Shown: in pieces, positions 1-12,982 of the stretch
Numbering within the stretch: the stretch's first letter is position 1
Layout of the letters: every line of letters starts with the position of its first letter
Assembly: GCA_000708835.1 (NCBI GenBank)
Contig: DF237094.1
Location: 109,045-173,044 of the forward strand
Length of the DNA stretch: 64,000 bases
Reading direction: 5' to 3'
DNA from: Klebsormidium nitens
Taxonomy: Eukaryota > Plantae > Klebsormidiophyceae
Translations under genes and position numbers: made by a program
The notes under the pieces: generated by a model
What the model was told of the DNA's origin: nothing
The model's database searches: none
The model's input: the letters and a program-made list of their open reading frames with translations, nothing else

Positions 1-4
1 GCCT

Positions 5-120
5 TGCTCCGCTCTGATACGTTCCCAGTACCTTTTGCAATCACCTTTGTCAGGAGCTTGCGGTGACTGTGAAAGGAGCGGGGAATCCGCCCAGTCGCAC
101 GAATACTTCGATAAGAGCGA
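5..120 (+). repeat. Degenerate intronic echo of the acceptor region and 5' part of exon 205-387
   Basis: 51-120 caggagcttgcggtgactgtgaaaggagcggggaatccgcccagtcgcacgaatacttcgataagagc aligns with 215-284 caagagctcgcgctgatcgagaaagaggctggaaacgccgcccaggcgcgtgagtacttcgagaagggc. ctccgctct..tacgttccc occurs near 7 and near 147. Confidence 0.75.
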
Positions 121-204
121 GTCACGAATTACTTTTGCGGTATCATCTCCGCTCTCTTACGTTCCCTTTCCTCCTTGTCATACGTTTCCCTTTATTGTCT
201 GCAG

Positions 205-3200
205 GTACCTCCATCAAGAGCTCGCGCTGATCGAGAAAGAGGCTGGAAACGCCGCCCAGGCGCGTGAGTACTTCGAGAAGGGCACGGGGTACGCGCCGCG
301 GTCGGCGGCACTCTGGCAGGCGTGGGCGCTGCTCGAGGCCGAGTGCGGGAACGCAGCGAAAGCAAGGGAGTTGTTTCAAAAGGCCAAGTAAGTTTCATAG
401 CGTCTTATTGCTGTGTTTTGGAGGCCACTAGTCTTTCTTTCATCTCTTTTTCAGTCCTTGTGAGAAGCGGAGAGGTGGTTAAAGTCCTGACAGAGTCGAG
501 ATGGCGGGTCACTTTTCTTCGTCCTGCGAGCACTATCATTCACAGTCGTCCTTTTTCTTGCTCTTGTCCAGCTGACAACAAGCTGGACCAAGTAAGGTAA
601 GCGGTTAGTTCTGCAGTTGACGTGAAATGCTGACTCGTGAATTCATCCTGATGCTGACTTTCGATGCTAAATCTTGACCCTGACTTTCTATATTCTGATT
701 CTGCAGGGAGGTAAGCCCGCGCAGCGGTCCCGTCTACCTGGCCTGGGCGCTGTTTGAGGCGGAGTGCGGCGAAACGAAGGCGGCCCTCGAGCTGTTCGAA
801 ACGGGCCTGGCGTATCGTCCACGAGACGTAGTTCTCATGCAGGTAAGATTACGTAGCTCGCTTAGAGTCGCCGACAATGCCCTGTAGTTCAGAGCTTTGT
901 TATCTGTACTTTCAGTGGGTATTTCGACGACATCGATCGAGAGAGTCCTTTCGACTTGCAAGACGACTGGCTTTGTCCGCGGATACCTTCAGACCTTTCC
1001 GTATCCAAGCTCTTTACAGAATAAGTCGCAGGTCTTCGCAAGCTCCTTCTTGAGACGAGCGACCAGGGCGACCAGCCTAGCTGGCCGAATCAATTACCAA
1101 ATTTCAGAGATCAGACATTGAAACGCACTACTGAGTTGCAGGTTCTGCGCTGGCTTCTGGTACGACGAGGGTGCTCACACCCGGCTGTTGTTTTGGCGAG
1201 CGGCGGCTCCTCTGAACCAGTAAACTGGGCTGGCTTTAAGGGAACGCCAATTTTCTTTCGAATCTACTATGATCTCAAGTTCTGTTAGGACTTTGTTGCA
1301 GGCCTTTGCGCTGTTACTATACGACGAGGGCGACCCTGCCCGGGTATAGCTGTTGCGGCGAGCCACATTTGGTTCCACGTCACCAGCTCAGCTGGCCACC
1401 TTTTGTTTCTCAGAGTTCATTGATTCCATGAACCTTTTTTGATGGTTTTACTCTTGAATTCGTTGCGCAGGCCTTTGCGCGCTTTCTTGTACGAAGAGGG
1501 CAACCTAGCGCGTGCGCGCCTCCTGTTCCGGCGCGCCACTCTCCCGGATCACGTCACCAGCCCAGTTGGCAGGTTTCACTCTTGGGCTTTTATTCAACTC
1601 CCGGGTTCTTCTCGACCTTCTGACGGGCGGATCGAAAATGGTTTGTGCAGGCCTTTGCGCGCTTTTTGTACGACGAGGGCGACCTTGCGCGCGCGCGCCT
1701 CCTGTTCCGGCGGGCCACTCTCCTGGATCCACGTCACCAGCCCAGCTGGCAGGCGTGGGCGATTATCGAGTGGAAGGAAGGGAACGTGCCCAAGGCGCGG
1801 GAGCTCTTCCAAAAGGGCGTCTGGGCGGCGCCCGGGAACAACGCTGATGTCGTCAAAGTGTTCCAGGTGGGTGGATCGTTGGACGTGGCTGACGTTGCTG
1901 GCCGGAGGGTCCGACGTTGCTGGGGGGCTTCTGTTTAGGGCTCTGCAGGGCCCCAGAATCTCACTGACTTCTTCCAGCTAAACGGACAGCTTGACGCCTC
2001 CTTCCCTGTGACCATCTTATCATCTTATGAGGCAGCCGGTATGATGTTTGGACGTCGATTTCCAGTTAACGAGGCAAAGGCCATGCATAGACCACCAAGC
2101 TTGTACTTTGTCACCGCCCTCACTAAGTGCCGTCCGAAGTTGTGAGCGTCAGGGACAGCAGCGGATGTCAGGCACATTGACGCCCATCTCAAGCGAAAGC
2201 GAAGGTTGGGCCAGAAACAAATACGAGCGTCCTTGCTTGCAGGCGTGGGGCGTGTTGGAGGAGCGGCAGGGCAATCTGACTGTTGCACGCGAGTTGTATA
2301 AGTGCGCGCTCAAGGCCGACCCAACGAGCGTCCTCACTTGGGAGGTGAGTTCTGGGCGCACGCGCGCATCGGTGTCTCGCGAGTGGCTTTCAAAACGGCT
2401 TGAGGAGTTCTTATAAGATCCAGCTTTGATTTGGAAGAGTGAAATTCCTTGTCGTGCATCTTTTCTTGGGAGGTGGATCCCGGCGCATGCGCACAATGCG
2501 ACAATACGATAGTCTCGGCTCGCATCCATAAACATCTTGCAAGCAGACTTCAGGATACATAAGTCACCGGGTAGAAAATGATCGAGCGTGACGTCACGTG
2601 GATAGACGTGGGTGCAAACTGCGCAGCTGATTGGTTGCCAAGGATTCCAAAGCTTCCGAGTGATGCGAGTGGAATTACAAACGTCTTAGCCGGAGTCGTA
2701 TGCGGACATAGCGTTGTTTGGAAGAGCTAAGCTCCTTGGTCGTGCAAATGGCAACTTATTGCAGGTTCCGCACCTTCTGAGAACGCACTTACTGACAAGG
2801 TCATCAGATGCGTGCCCATTTTCACGTTGGTTGAGAAATGACGTTCACAGTGTCGGCAGCAGTCATTTTGCCATCGTTCTCTTTTGTGATAGCTTTTGTG
2901 AATGTGTCGGAAGCCCAGCGCTCGTAGGCCAGATGTTCATTCAGTAGGAGCCTACTTCACCAAGATGCAGGAACGATTATTTTCATTTCACTCCGCCACC
3001 AGGTGGAAGATCGCAAACTACTTGGGTTTACTGAGTTAACCCTTCCCTTCTTCGCGCAGTCGTGGGCGCTGTTGGAGGAACATGTGGGGAACATTTTCCG
3101 TGCGGACGAGCTCCGGCGGCTGTGCATGCAGCAGCAAACGGAAGTCGTTTCCGTCGACCTGAGCCTCACGGAGGTGCTCGCGCCGGCGTTTAGCAAGATC

Positions 3201-3281
3201 AAAGAGTGGTTCAATTTCAAGGACAAGATACCGCTTGACAAGCAGATTCGCGCGTCGAGGGTTAGGGTTGAGGACGATTGA
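205..3281 (+). CDS. HCF107: HAT/TPR-repeat chloroplast mRNA maturation factor, HCF107/Mbb1-like (5'-partial; earlier exons lie before the window). Exons 205-387, 707-842, 1651-1866, 2243-2344, 3060-3281
   Basis: Exons splice in phase with GT-AG and encode successive HAT repeats (ALWQAWALLEAECGNAAKARELFQKA; SWQAWAIIEWKEGNVPKARELFQKG; AWGVLEERQGNLTVARELYKCALKADP). The C-terminus SWALLEEHVGNIFRADELRRLCMQQQTEVV...APAFSKIKEWFNF resembles the HCF107 tail as I recall it. Orthologue versus paralogue not tested. Confidence 0.8.
1138..1572 (+). repeat. Three tandem degenerate echoes (1141, 1301, 1471) of the acceptor plus first ~100 nt of exon 1651
   Basis: Each starts at gcag followed by gcctttgcg (gttctgcg in the farthest copy) and tacga(c/a)gaggg; the two nearer copies run to cacgtcaccag. 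Spacing is 160-180 nt and similarity rises toward the real exon. Confidence 0.9.
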
Positions 3282-4809
3282 AACCAGGTTTGAGTCGGAA
3301 ATACTGTTGCCTCGCTTGGCTGCGGGGGCAGCACCGTCCGCTCCTCGAAAGTGGACGGCAGTCTTGCTAGTGACTCTTATACAAGTACAATCTGATGGTT
3401 GCTTCACACGTGTGTGACTCGAAGGCTTTATGGGCATGTTTCAGCTCATGGTGGTCTTTCTTTGTTTTGCAACGTGCGCTTTCTGTCCACAAAGTTGCAC
3501 AAGCTCTGAACACTGTTCTCAAAATGCTCGACAACCATGCTCGTGTCGGAGTCTACTCTATAGTGATGGGTGTACTCACCTATGTACGATCGGTGTCACG
3601 GGTCAATTATTGCCTGTGCCTAGCTCAAAGTCTGAACGCTTCTTGCACAATGCTCGTTTTGATGTTGGTTTGCGCAGAGCATGCGTGCTCTTCAAACTTC
3701 CGATGCATGGTGTCCCAGGCCCGATCCCAATGCACGCTCAACTTGGCAACTTGGCCGTAGTCCCAGCTCCATGCTCATCATATATTACTCTCAAGTTTTA
3801 TGAGCGATTCGCCTAGCGCCACCTGGCGCTTTGAAATCCTGATGCTATTTGTGACGCGCGGGTGACATGTCGTTTGAGTCTGTGACGACCCATGCAGGAA
3901 TCTAGTTATGACGCGCGTACGTTGCTACGACCGTCGAAGCCGGCGCCCGTATCGGATGCATATGACGTCCAAGCTGGGAAATCGTGGGGATCCCTCCGAG
4001 GTCCACGTCGTAGTCAATCATGACATATGCAACCTTTCAATGATGGTTCTGCCCAGCAGTATGCCTGGCAACGGCGCCTTGCAGTCACTGCAATAGGCTA
4101 TACCTACTTCGCGGTGTGTTCCATCATGGACCAATGATGGGAATGGAGAGCGCTTTGCGTACAGATAGGGGGAGGCAATTGGCACAACGTCGGATCGAGG
4201 ACTGCAGACTTCAGCATTTCGAATGGCGCCTGAGAATGTCAACTCTCTGAGCAGCTCAGCGCTCCTTTCTTGAACTCTTTGATGGAAAAAACTGCTGTCT
4301 CCTCACTCATTCTCAAAGACGCAGTACGTCCTTGCAGCTCACGTTGCCCCTTCATTGCGTCTCCAAAATCTCTGTCACTTTGCAGTTTACCATCTTGCGC
4401 CAGCTCATCCACTGAGAGTTGAAGCAGAATGCAGACAAACTTGCAGCTTTTTTTGGCGAAGCTTTTGAGCTAAAATCTGCTAAGTCCAGATGGAAACTGC
4501 TTCAATTGGATACAATTTAGTTCGTGAAGGGCTGATCCAGGTACTAGCTGGCTAGGGGGCTATTGGGAAAGGGGCCTAGGGGGCTCACTTCTGTGCCTAA
4601 GCCTTTCGGAGTTGGGTACAACAAACCCCGAGTACGAATTATGTTGGCGCCGGCATCAGTGATGTGACTCGTTTTCAGCATCATACCCGTGCTGTTCCTC
4701 TCGCTGTTTGAGTCAACCTGAAGGGAGAGTTTGCACAGTTGCCTCAAATCAACAGAGAGTTGGATAAGGGCTTGGGAGAGCCCACAGCAATTGTTGCCAG
4801 CTGAAAGCG

Positions 4810-7256
4810 ATGCGCGCAAGCATGGATGACTTATCGGGAAAACAGCCATCAGCGCGCAAGATCCTGATACCCATCAGCGACTCTCCTGAAAGCAAAGCGG
4901 CCCTGGTATGGGCAGTCGAGAATCTCATCCGGAAGGAAGACCAGGTGTTGCTCTATCACATGGTCAAGACGCCAACACTAATTCCCACTGCAAGTAAGTT
5001 ACTCATTCCCAGACATGGTTTGTCAAAGAAGGAGTTGACTTTGGAGGGCAGCTGAGGAACTCAGGTTTGGAACAAACAGCTGTGCATTGATTGAAATATA
5101 GGTGAAGATGAATTAAATTCTTTTCAGCTCATGCCTTTCAAGGGTTTCTACGGGATGAGTAGCATGACTTCAGTCCACCACCACGTCAGGTGGCATTGCA
5201 ATCATGCCTCTTCTTTTCTCCAGATTGATTCAGTACCTGCCTGGATTGCTGGTTGCCAGATCCAACTCAAAGCTCTAGAGTTCCTCCCTTCTAGAGTTAG
5301 CATCAAAACTCCCGCCAATAGTTGCAGTATTTCACTCTTACAATGAAGTGCGCCATTGCCAGGGCTTGGGCACACATGCAATCACGGATAGCAAGAGAAA
5401 GCTTTCTAGACAAAGCAATCGAATAAAGCATCAAAGACAAGTATATAAGCAAGTCAAACCTGCCTTGCAGTGGGAATGGTACCCTACTCGGGGGCCTCGC
5501 CTGCGATGCAAAAGGCGCACGTTCTAGTTGCGACAGCGGACGGGACCAAGTTGCTGCGCAGCTTGCAAGCCTACGGCACAAACAAAAAGGTGGGCATGAG
5601 GAAAACATATTGATTACATCATGCTAGCGTGATGACGGCAATAAAGTACGCTGGATTGCTGTGCCCAGCTGTAGTTTGATTAACTGAATCCGCATCCCTA
5701 CTCTTACATTCTTCATCGTCTGTAACACCGTTTCAACAAAATTTCATGGTTGTGTTGGTGTCTATGCTTTTGATAGTAATGCCGTCAGGGCCAGCAGCAT
5801 TCGCCCAACTGTATTTATCCAACTTCGACCACACTGTCAAGTACATCCACTTTAGTGTACTGTTTTATAGGCCAATATGTAACCCATCTCATCTTTCACA
5901 CCTTTCAAATACTTGCAGCATGGGATCCCCGTTCTCCGATCTGTCAGTGCCTTCCAAGCTAGGCAAGAAACATGCAAACCACACAAATCATCACTCCAGT
6001 CTTGAAAGTCCAGTCTTGTGTCCTTCCTCACATCCTTGGGGTCTTGTTCTGTGCACCAGATCGATGTGACAATAGAGGTTGGACGGTGCGACAATCGACA
6101 TGCAGAGCTACTGCGGAAGGCCAAAAAGGAGGCGGCGACGCTCCTGATCATGGGAGCTGGGGGATCCCCCAGATTCGGTCTGCGGTGGGTCGCTTTGTGC
6201 TTTTCTGGTTTTCAGGTCGTTCTCGATTCCCATTGCTCCTGAGACTTCTGGAACTGAGAAAGTTTTGGATTGCCCAATGCTTCCGAAATTGTGGGTGTCC
6301 TTATAAGCGGCTGCTTTCCGCTATGCTCAGGAGCTCTGTGCCCATTGGAGTTCTGGCGTTGGTAAAGTGAATGTTCGACGCTTGCGGGGGTTTTTCCATT
6401 TGACTTTGAAGAACGGCTTGAGTGGGGTGTGTCAGATAGCCTCAGCTCACCAGTTTGCATGCAGCTGGGTAAATGTACTTTGCCGTTGAGCAAAGGAAGC
6501 AAAGCCAATTCCTCCGTTTGTGACCGCTTTCTCTCTGATTGTACTTCTGGAACATCTGGGCTCGGACCAAACGATCGAAGCCCGTCTGTTGACTAAGGTC
6601 CCCTCCGTTCGAATACGCTTGTATCAAGGAAAGGAGGGCACAAGCAAAGCCTGACTTGAAACTGTCGTTCTTGCAAAGTTGTTCTCAAGGCAACCAGACT
6701 GACAAGCATCTCCACGATCAGACCCGCGTAATTTGACTTCAAAAGCGTTGGCTTCGTCCGAGAATGCAGCACAAAACAGCCCCGGCCTGTAGCCCTTCAT
6801 TGCTAGCACGCGGCCCGGAGCGGACTTTCCACAGAGCACACGTTGGAATGGCAAGCAAGATCACTTTGAGTTCCATGCTACGACACAAAACGGCGACACC
6901 AAACGACACCAACGCGTCTAACAAGATGTCCAAAGCTCTAATCCTCGGTACTCCTCTTCTGCAGGTTGGGAAAAAAGCAAACCTTGTCGGCCCGCATCTG
7001 CCGGGACGCGGAGTGCCACGTCATCCTGGTTGACAAGAAAAAGCGCCCCACGATCCACGCCAAATCTCCGGCGATCGAAAGCGTTGGCACCTCTCCTTCG
7101 GAACCCCGTGGGGAAGAGTCCGACAGCCGGGGACTATCCCCGGGGGGCGGTTTGGCGGGGATCCGGGCGAAGCTGGCCCTGGAAGTTCCGTCGGAGATAG
7201 TGCTCGGCGAGTTGGCGACTCCAAAGTTTGACGCCAGCCCAGCAAAGGCACAGTGA
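4810..7256 (+). CDS. Universal stress protein (UspA) domain protein. Clear exons 4810-4993, 6060-6184, 6965-7256; middle exon(s) unresolved
   Basis: RKILIPISDSPESKAALVWAVENL..EDQVLLYHMV is a USP N-terminal motif. LLRKAKKEAATLLIMGAGG and LGKKQTLSARICRDAECHVILVD match the USP C-terminal pattern. The last two exons splice in phase (CG|G). Confidence 0.75.
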
Positions 7257-7264
7257 GCCGCGTC

Positions 7265-7565
7265 TTAAACCTGGCTCTTGTGATCACCTAATCATTTGAG
7301 GTTTGGGAACCGTATGTTGTCCTGTTGGCAGTATCCGAAAATCTCGATAGACAATCAAAGACCTCGGACAGTGAGCTGCGTGTTAGCCTTTGATCACGTG
7401 ACTGAACTTTCCTAAGCCATCCGAGGTTTTGGAACTGTATGTTGTCCTGCTGGCAGAATCCGAAAACCTCGGTAGACCGTGTTAGCTCTGGGTCTCGTGA
7501 TTGAGCTTTCCTAACCCATTCAAGGTACGCTATCCTGCTGCCAGATTTCGAGAATCTCAGTAGAC
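7265..7565. repeat. Degenerate ~125-bp tandem repeat, about 2.5 copies
   Basis: gtatgttgtcctg(t/c)tggcag(t/a)atccgaaaa(t/c)ctcg(a/g)tagac at ~7312 and ~7437; decayed ctatcctgctgccagatttcgagaatctcagtagac at ~7530; gtga(c/t)tga(a/g)ctttcctaa twice. Confidence 0.75.
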
Positions 7566-8000
7566 AAGCAGATCTAACTGAAGCCCGTTGAAAGCTGTCA
7601 TATGCTGTTGTAGGCATCCTTCGCGTTCGCTTCATTGGGGAGAAACGGTACTGATTTGCGCTCAAAGGGCTCTCCCTGCGGATTTCGTTGAGCTTGTGAT
7701 GCACAAGGCGTGGAATCAAAAGTAGGCGCTTCTCTTTGAAAGCGTTGCAAAAGCGATGCACGGAAACCGTGTAGCTCAAACGTGCCCTCGACGACAATCT
7801 ATAAGGCCCTGCTCTTTACTGGAAAAGAGTCCTTATACCATCCATATCATTTTTCGTTTGTTTGTTCAGGACATTGGCCTTCTAAGTACAAGGGTTTGAT
7901 TACGGCCCGATCCCTTTTCAGATCGTCCGCATCAATCTTTGCTAAGTGCTGATTCCCTTTTCTTCCTTCTTGCTGAATCAAAGCCGTTCGTCTTCTACAG

Positions 8001-10141
8001 GAATGCAAGTAGCGCAACCCTCCCGCCAACACCCATAAGTGACGCTGCGCTGAACACTGCGCCCTTCAACCCCTCTTCCCCGGTCGCAACTCCCAGCGAC
8101 TGCGTTTCTCTCCCACCTCAAACATCTTCGGACGGTGCGCGCTCACACACGGGCGGCGCGCGCCACGGAATCGGACGGCGCGCGCGCACCAGCGGATGGC
8201 GAGCGCAAAGAATCGGACACCCCGCGCGCCCAATCGGACGGTTCTCGGACGTGCTCTCAATCCCGAGAGCTCTTCCCGCTGCCCGAATGGGACGCTGAGG
8301 GAAGGGCGGGCAGAGACGCGGACGCAAAGTCGGAGGGGAAGGTGACCGGAAAGGAGAAGATGAGCGGAACGGGAAAGGTGGGCGGAATGAAAACTGAAGA
8401 TGCGGTCGGAAAGGAGCACGGAACAGGGGGCGGAAGGGGCGAGGTGGACGGTGAGCCCGAGCGAGGTTCGGACGCAAATGAGGAGGCTAAAGAAAATGCG
8501 GACGTAGTTGCTGACATCACTGCCGAAGCTCAAACGCCTCCGCTGGGGCGCGCGCGCGCGGGTGGTTCCGACTGTTCTTCGCTGACAGGAGTTCCTCAAT
8601 CGGATGGAGCTTCACCGAGAGAAAAGGAGGGGCGCGCATTTTTGGCGACGCCCCGGCCCTTTGGTAATAGACTGGACGCGATCGGGGTGCAACTACCCAG
8701 CCCGAAGACCGGCACTGTTCGAAATGCGAAGCCGCCGCCGGGACCGTTGGAGTCCCCGTTCTGCAGTCCCCGCCGTGAAAAGCGGCCGATTCCGTCAGCG
8801 AAGGCGCTGATCAACCGGGTGTTTTTGGCTCTTAACGAGGCCACCTCTGCGGGGTCCATTAAACCAGACCCGTTTTCAAAACCGTTTCTAAGTCCGCCGT
8901 CAAACCCGGTGTCAAACCGTCGCAGAAGCCCCGCTCGGTCACTCAGATCCCGGGGGATCCCTCCGCGGAAGCGCGCACCGGCGGACGGTTCCAGAGAGTC
9001 CCCGGTCGTCGGTTATCCGTCGATCTGGACGTTCGTGAAACCGCAGGTTACTGCGGGCCCCGTGTTCGGAGCATTGTCCGAAAATCTGTCCAACGATCAT
9101 CCAGACGAAACGTTGCTGGACGATCGTTGGACGTGTGTCAGAAAGTCGCAAGACAGTCGACGGGCGTCCGCAAGACACTCGCTGGACGGCCAGTTGCCAG
9201 ACTTCGGGCGGATGTCCGCCGGAAAGGCGCTGAGCGCTCGCCAGCTGTCCGCCGGACACTTCTCGGACGTTCGCTGGCTGTCACCCGGACAGCCTCCGAA
9301 CGGTCGCCGAACTTCTCTCGGAATTTCGCCGGACGCCCGCCGAACCTTCCGTGAAACGGCACCGGACAGCCGGCGGAATTCCGCCAGACGCTCGCCGGAC
9401 GCTTGCCGGACGTCCGAGGGGCGTCTGGGACGCTCGCCGACACCGTCCGAAAATCAGACGGGTGCCGAACCGGAGGCCTTGATAGCGCGGCTGAGGGAGC
9501 AAGTCGATCTACTGACGGAGATCGGCAGTCTGAGAGATAGAGAATTCGAAAACGTCGCGAGCCGCGCGAAGCAGGCGGAGAAGGCGGCGGAGGAACGAGA
9601 GAGGTGAGCTAACTTTGTGGGTTGCGAGGTTTCGACGGATGAATTTCGACATTTTCGAAGTTTGAGGAAAAACAGCCACGAAATTCTCCTCTCTTTGACC
9701 CTGTTTGGCTGTCCTGGTCCGACGAATGTCCTGCTGCGTACTCTCGTTAATCCTAGAGGGCGCTTTGAAAAGTTGAGTGTTTGGGTAGTGTTCTTTGGGC
9801 TCATCAAGTCTTCCGCTTTCTTCTTCCTTTTCTTTTCCTGTCCTTGATGGGAAGGTCTGATTAGCTCTTGTTCTCTCCATAAGTTTTCAGGTTCGGCCAT
9901 TTCCTTTCCCGGAATTCGACATTGGAAAGCTCCGCTGATTTATAGCAGCTCGGATCAACACTAGTACGGGTTCATTTGCGCCCAAGCCAACCCGTTCCGC
10001 TGACCGCTGTCCGCTTCCGTTGTCGCAGGGCGCTCCTGACGGAAAAACTGATGCGGGAGGAGGCGGAACTCAAGGCGAGGCGGCTCGCCAACCAGATGGC
10101 GGCGTTGAGAGTGCATGCATCGCGCGCAAATGCGGGCGCTG
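8001..10141 (+). CDS. Hypothetical protein: long Ser/Pro/Arg-rich disordered exon followed by coiled-coil exons (about 8001-9603, 10029-10141; probable further exon near 10858). Apparent 1-nt frameshift near 8145; ends unresolved
   Basis: 490-codon ORF 8135-9607 ends EALIARLREQVDLLTEIGSLRDREFENVASRAKQAEKAAEERER at a gtgagc donor. The next exon ALLTEKLMREEAELKARRLANQMAALR follows a gtcgcag acceptor and ends at gtaag. Acceptor tctacag at 8000. Confidence 0.6.
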
Positions 10142-12223
10142 GTAAGAGAAAGTTGACTAAAATAGGAATTGATTCTATCTGCGTGGTGAGCGTTCAAGGC
10201 CTTTACGCAAGATCGTCTATCGCACTTTGATAGGCGAAATCGTCGAAGACTTCAATGCAACAGATCTAGACGAGCGCTCATAGCGCTACTGAAACGTGCC
10301 AAGTTGCGCGCGAGTACGAGAGGCGTTTCCGAAGTTGATGGTAAGTATCACTCGGAAGTGTTCGGACAAGTCGTAACAAGATTCCGGCGCTGGTAACTTA
10401 TGAAAAGAGCTGGTGGCCACAGACGGTCCAATAGGCTTTGCCAAGGACGAGCTTTCCGAGAGCTCGCGAAACGAGAGGTTCCTGAGCGTGCTCCCACGTT
10501 TTCCAATGACGTTCGTTCTTCCGTGGAATTGGGGAAGAACAACAGGAGAAAACTGGTGCACGGGAAAGGCGAAGTCAGGGAGGGGGTGAAAAGGGGCGAC
10601 TGCAGTATTCAAGGGTTTGTTTACTTGGCAGGGATGCCAGGTTGCACGCTTTTGTGAGCTTAGGTATCTCAATATAGAGGGCGGAAGATCGCGTTTTTCT
10701 AAAATTCTACTAACCCGTATGTTATTCAGGTATCTCCGAATGCATTTGGGTGCTCCAACTTGGATAGAATCTATTGTTCTCAGATTTTGATGAGTATGTT
10801 TGGTAATCAACTCTGGGTGCTTATATATAATGTTTTTAACTCGTCTGCGTAGATTAGATGACGAGGCGCTCATCACGTCGGTCTGGTTGCAGCGTACTCT
10901 TCCCAAACCTTTCGCAAATCGTTTGGAGTTTGTCGTTGACCAAAGCTGCCAACAAGCATGGCTAACCACAAAAAGTCCCCCCCGCTTAGAAGGCAAGGAC
11001 ATCTTTCACGACTTGGTGTACTGTAGGCACTAGAATCGAAGCTTGCGTCAATCTGGGGTTTAGTGTTCCAGCTTATTTTTGGGTTTAGTGTTCAGCCCAT
11101 CCTTTACCTTTGCAGATCGAACGCATCCCCCACCGCGCCGGTAGTTGCCATCCAGGAGGGTTTTTCCGTTCCGCACCTCAGCATTTCCTGGAGGGAATCC
11201 GCCGGACCGGGACACTAAAAGCCGACCTTCATTTGAACCTGATGAATTGAGTCTTTACATAGGAGTCCCGCCGTCGCGTCCTAAGTTATCCACATTGCGC
11301 GCGCATCGTCTTTGCAGCTTAGAGCTGATGTCCAAGCCATCCGATATCGCGCGCGCGCGCGCCCCAATCACGTGCTTTGATTCTCGCACATGTACTGACG
11401 AAGAATCTGTCCAACATCAACCTCTGTAGATTAACTTCCCGAGATCTTGGTTCATCAGCTTTGCAGGAGTCCACATTAGGATTCAACGCGAAACTTTGTG
11501 GGATTTACAGACTGTATTCTAGCATCAACGGACTGTTTTAATTTGGAGCGTCTTGTCGGATCAGTAATTCTCGATCTGTGCATGCCACCTCATGCCTGAG
11601 ACAAACAACAACATGATAGCCTGTATGAGGCGCTTAACGCACTGGCATGCTTCAATGACAGTTTCCATCTGCTGATATGAATCTGACGGGCTCGATGCCC
11701 GGCCGCACATGTCTTGTATAGTGTGAGTCAATTGGTTTGATTCACGATTCCACGCAACAGCCGCCATGTTCAGGCTGACCGTGAACTGCGCAGGCGGAAT
11801 CAGTAGGAGCCGCGCGCCAAGCTTCAAGGCTTCGCGTGCACATGTGTATCATGGCACACGTATACCTAGCTCAGTGTTCATTGAAGATCGTTGGATCGCA
11901 CATACGCATGCATTTCCTAATTGCGGCTAGCATCATTGACGGTGTGATTTTAGTGCAACAGAGGTCGGAGCTTGAGGCATCATCCCCGCTTCTGCGGTCC
12001 GCAGGCTCTGTATCAACCGTCTGAGTATGACCCCAACAATCAATTATGTCACGCAAGCTAAGCAATCGTTGAATGAACATGCTGCTCGATTAATTGACTA
12101 TGTCCGGGAAACATAGAACCGGTCCACACGTTGTTACCCCCGGGGCCCAGCGCTGCTTGAGTCAACATATGCACCCTAAGGGATCTTTTCTGAAACGACA
12201 CACTCAGTACGTACATACGAATT

Positions 12224-12311
12224 AATGATCAACTCGGGTGCGCCCAAGAAAATCATGGGTACGTACAAACGAAAACAATGATCAACTCGGACGCGCCAAG
12301 AGAATCATGGG
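12224..12311. repeat. Short direct repeat, 2 copies of ~36 bp
   Basis: aatgatcaactcgg(gt/ac)gcgcc(c)aaga(a/g)aatcatggg at ~12224 and ~12277. Confidence 0.8.
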
Positions 12312-12982
12312 CATATGTTTAGGTCATTTTGGATGTCGTGTCTTGCGGGGCGCGGCGGGTGTCGAGTGTGCTAGTTGCTCAAAAGACGAGCAATAGAATG
12401 GCCAGTCACTGGCTGGTGTGCACAGGCAGCCAGTTTTCACATACACATAACATTTTAGGACGTTACGAAAGCGCCGCATGGTTGGCCATCGCTCAACAAA
12501 TTACTGCTCGTTGTTTTAAATTTGGCAATGATAAAGTGTCCCTTTGGATGACGTGCCGCTTGCACAGCAATCCAACCAGTTTCGCTCGTTTCCAAGATAG
12601 AACCCGCGAATGTAGCAACCTCGTTTGTCAATCATGATTGCGACCACTTCAACACATAGAAAACTGTCAACGTCCCACTGGTACTCCCTCTGTCAATTAA
12701 AGCCGGCTGCACCATGCGGCCTGCAAGAGCAGCATACTATCTCAATTCATCTGCCTATGTGCTTCTCAAATGGAGAAATTAGAAGCAGTGCGTCAACAGT
12801 GTACCTCAACAGTGTACCTTGTGTGCTCAGTCGTGACCACTGAAACCACATTCTGGGAGTCGCGTTACATATGAGCCCAAAGAAAATTACATACAGCAAT
12901 GGTCGCCTGCCTTACCTTGCTTTTTGGAGTAACAAATCAACCCAGTGTCAGGACAGCAAAATTGCAAGGCAGTTGCCTTGCT

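Noticed and set aside
10286-11002. 238-aa minus-strand ORF
   Set aside because: Overlaps intron/exon sequence of the plus-strand coiled-coil gene; no domain or coding-like composition.
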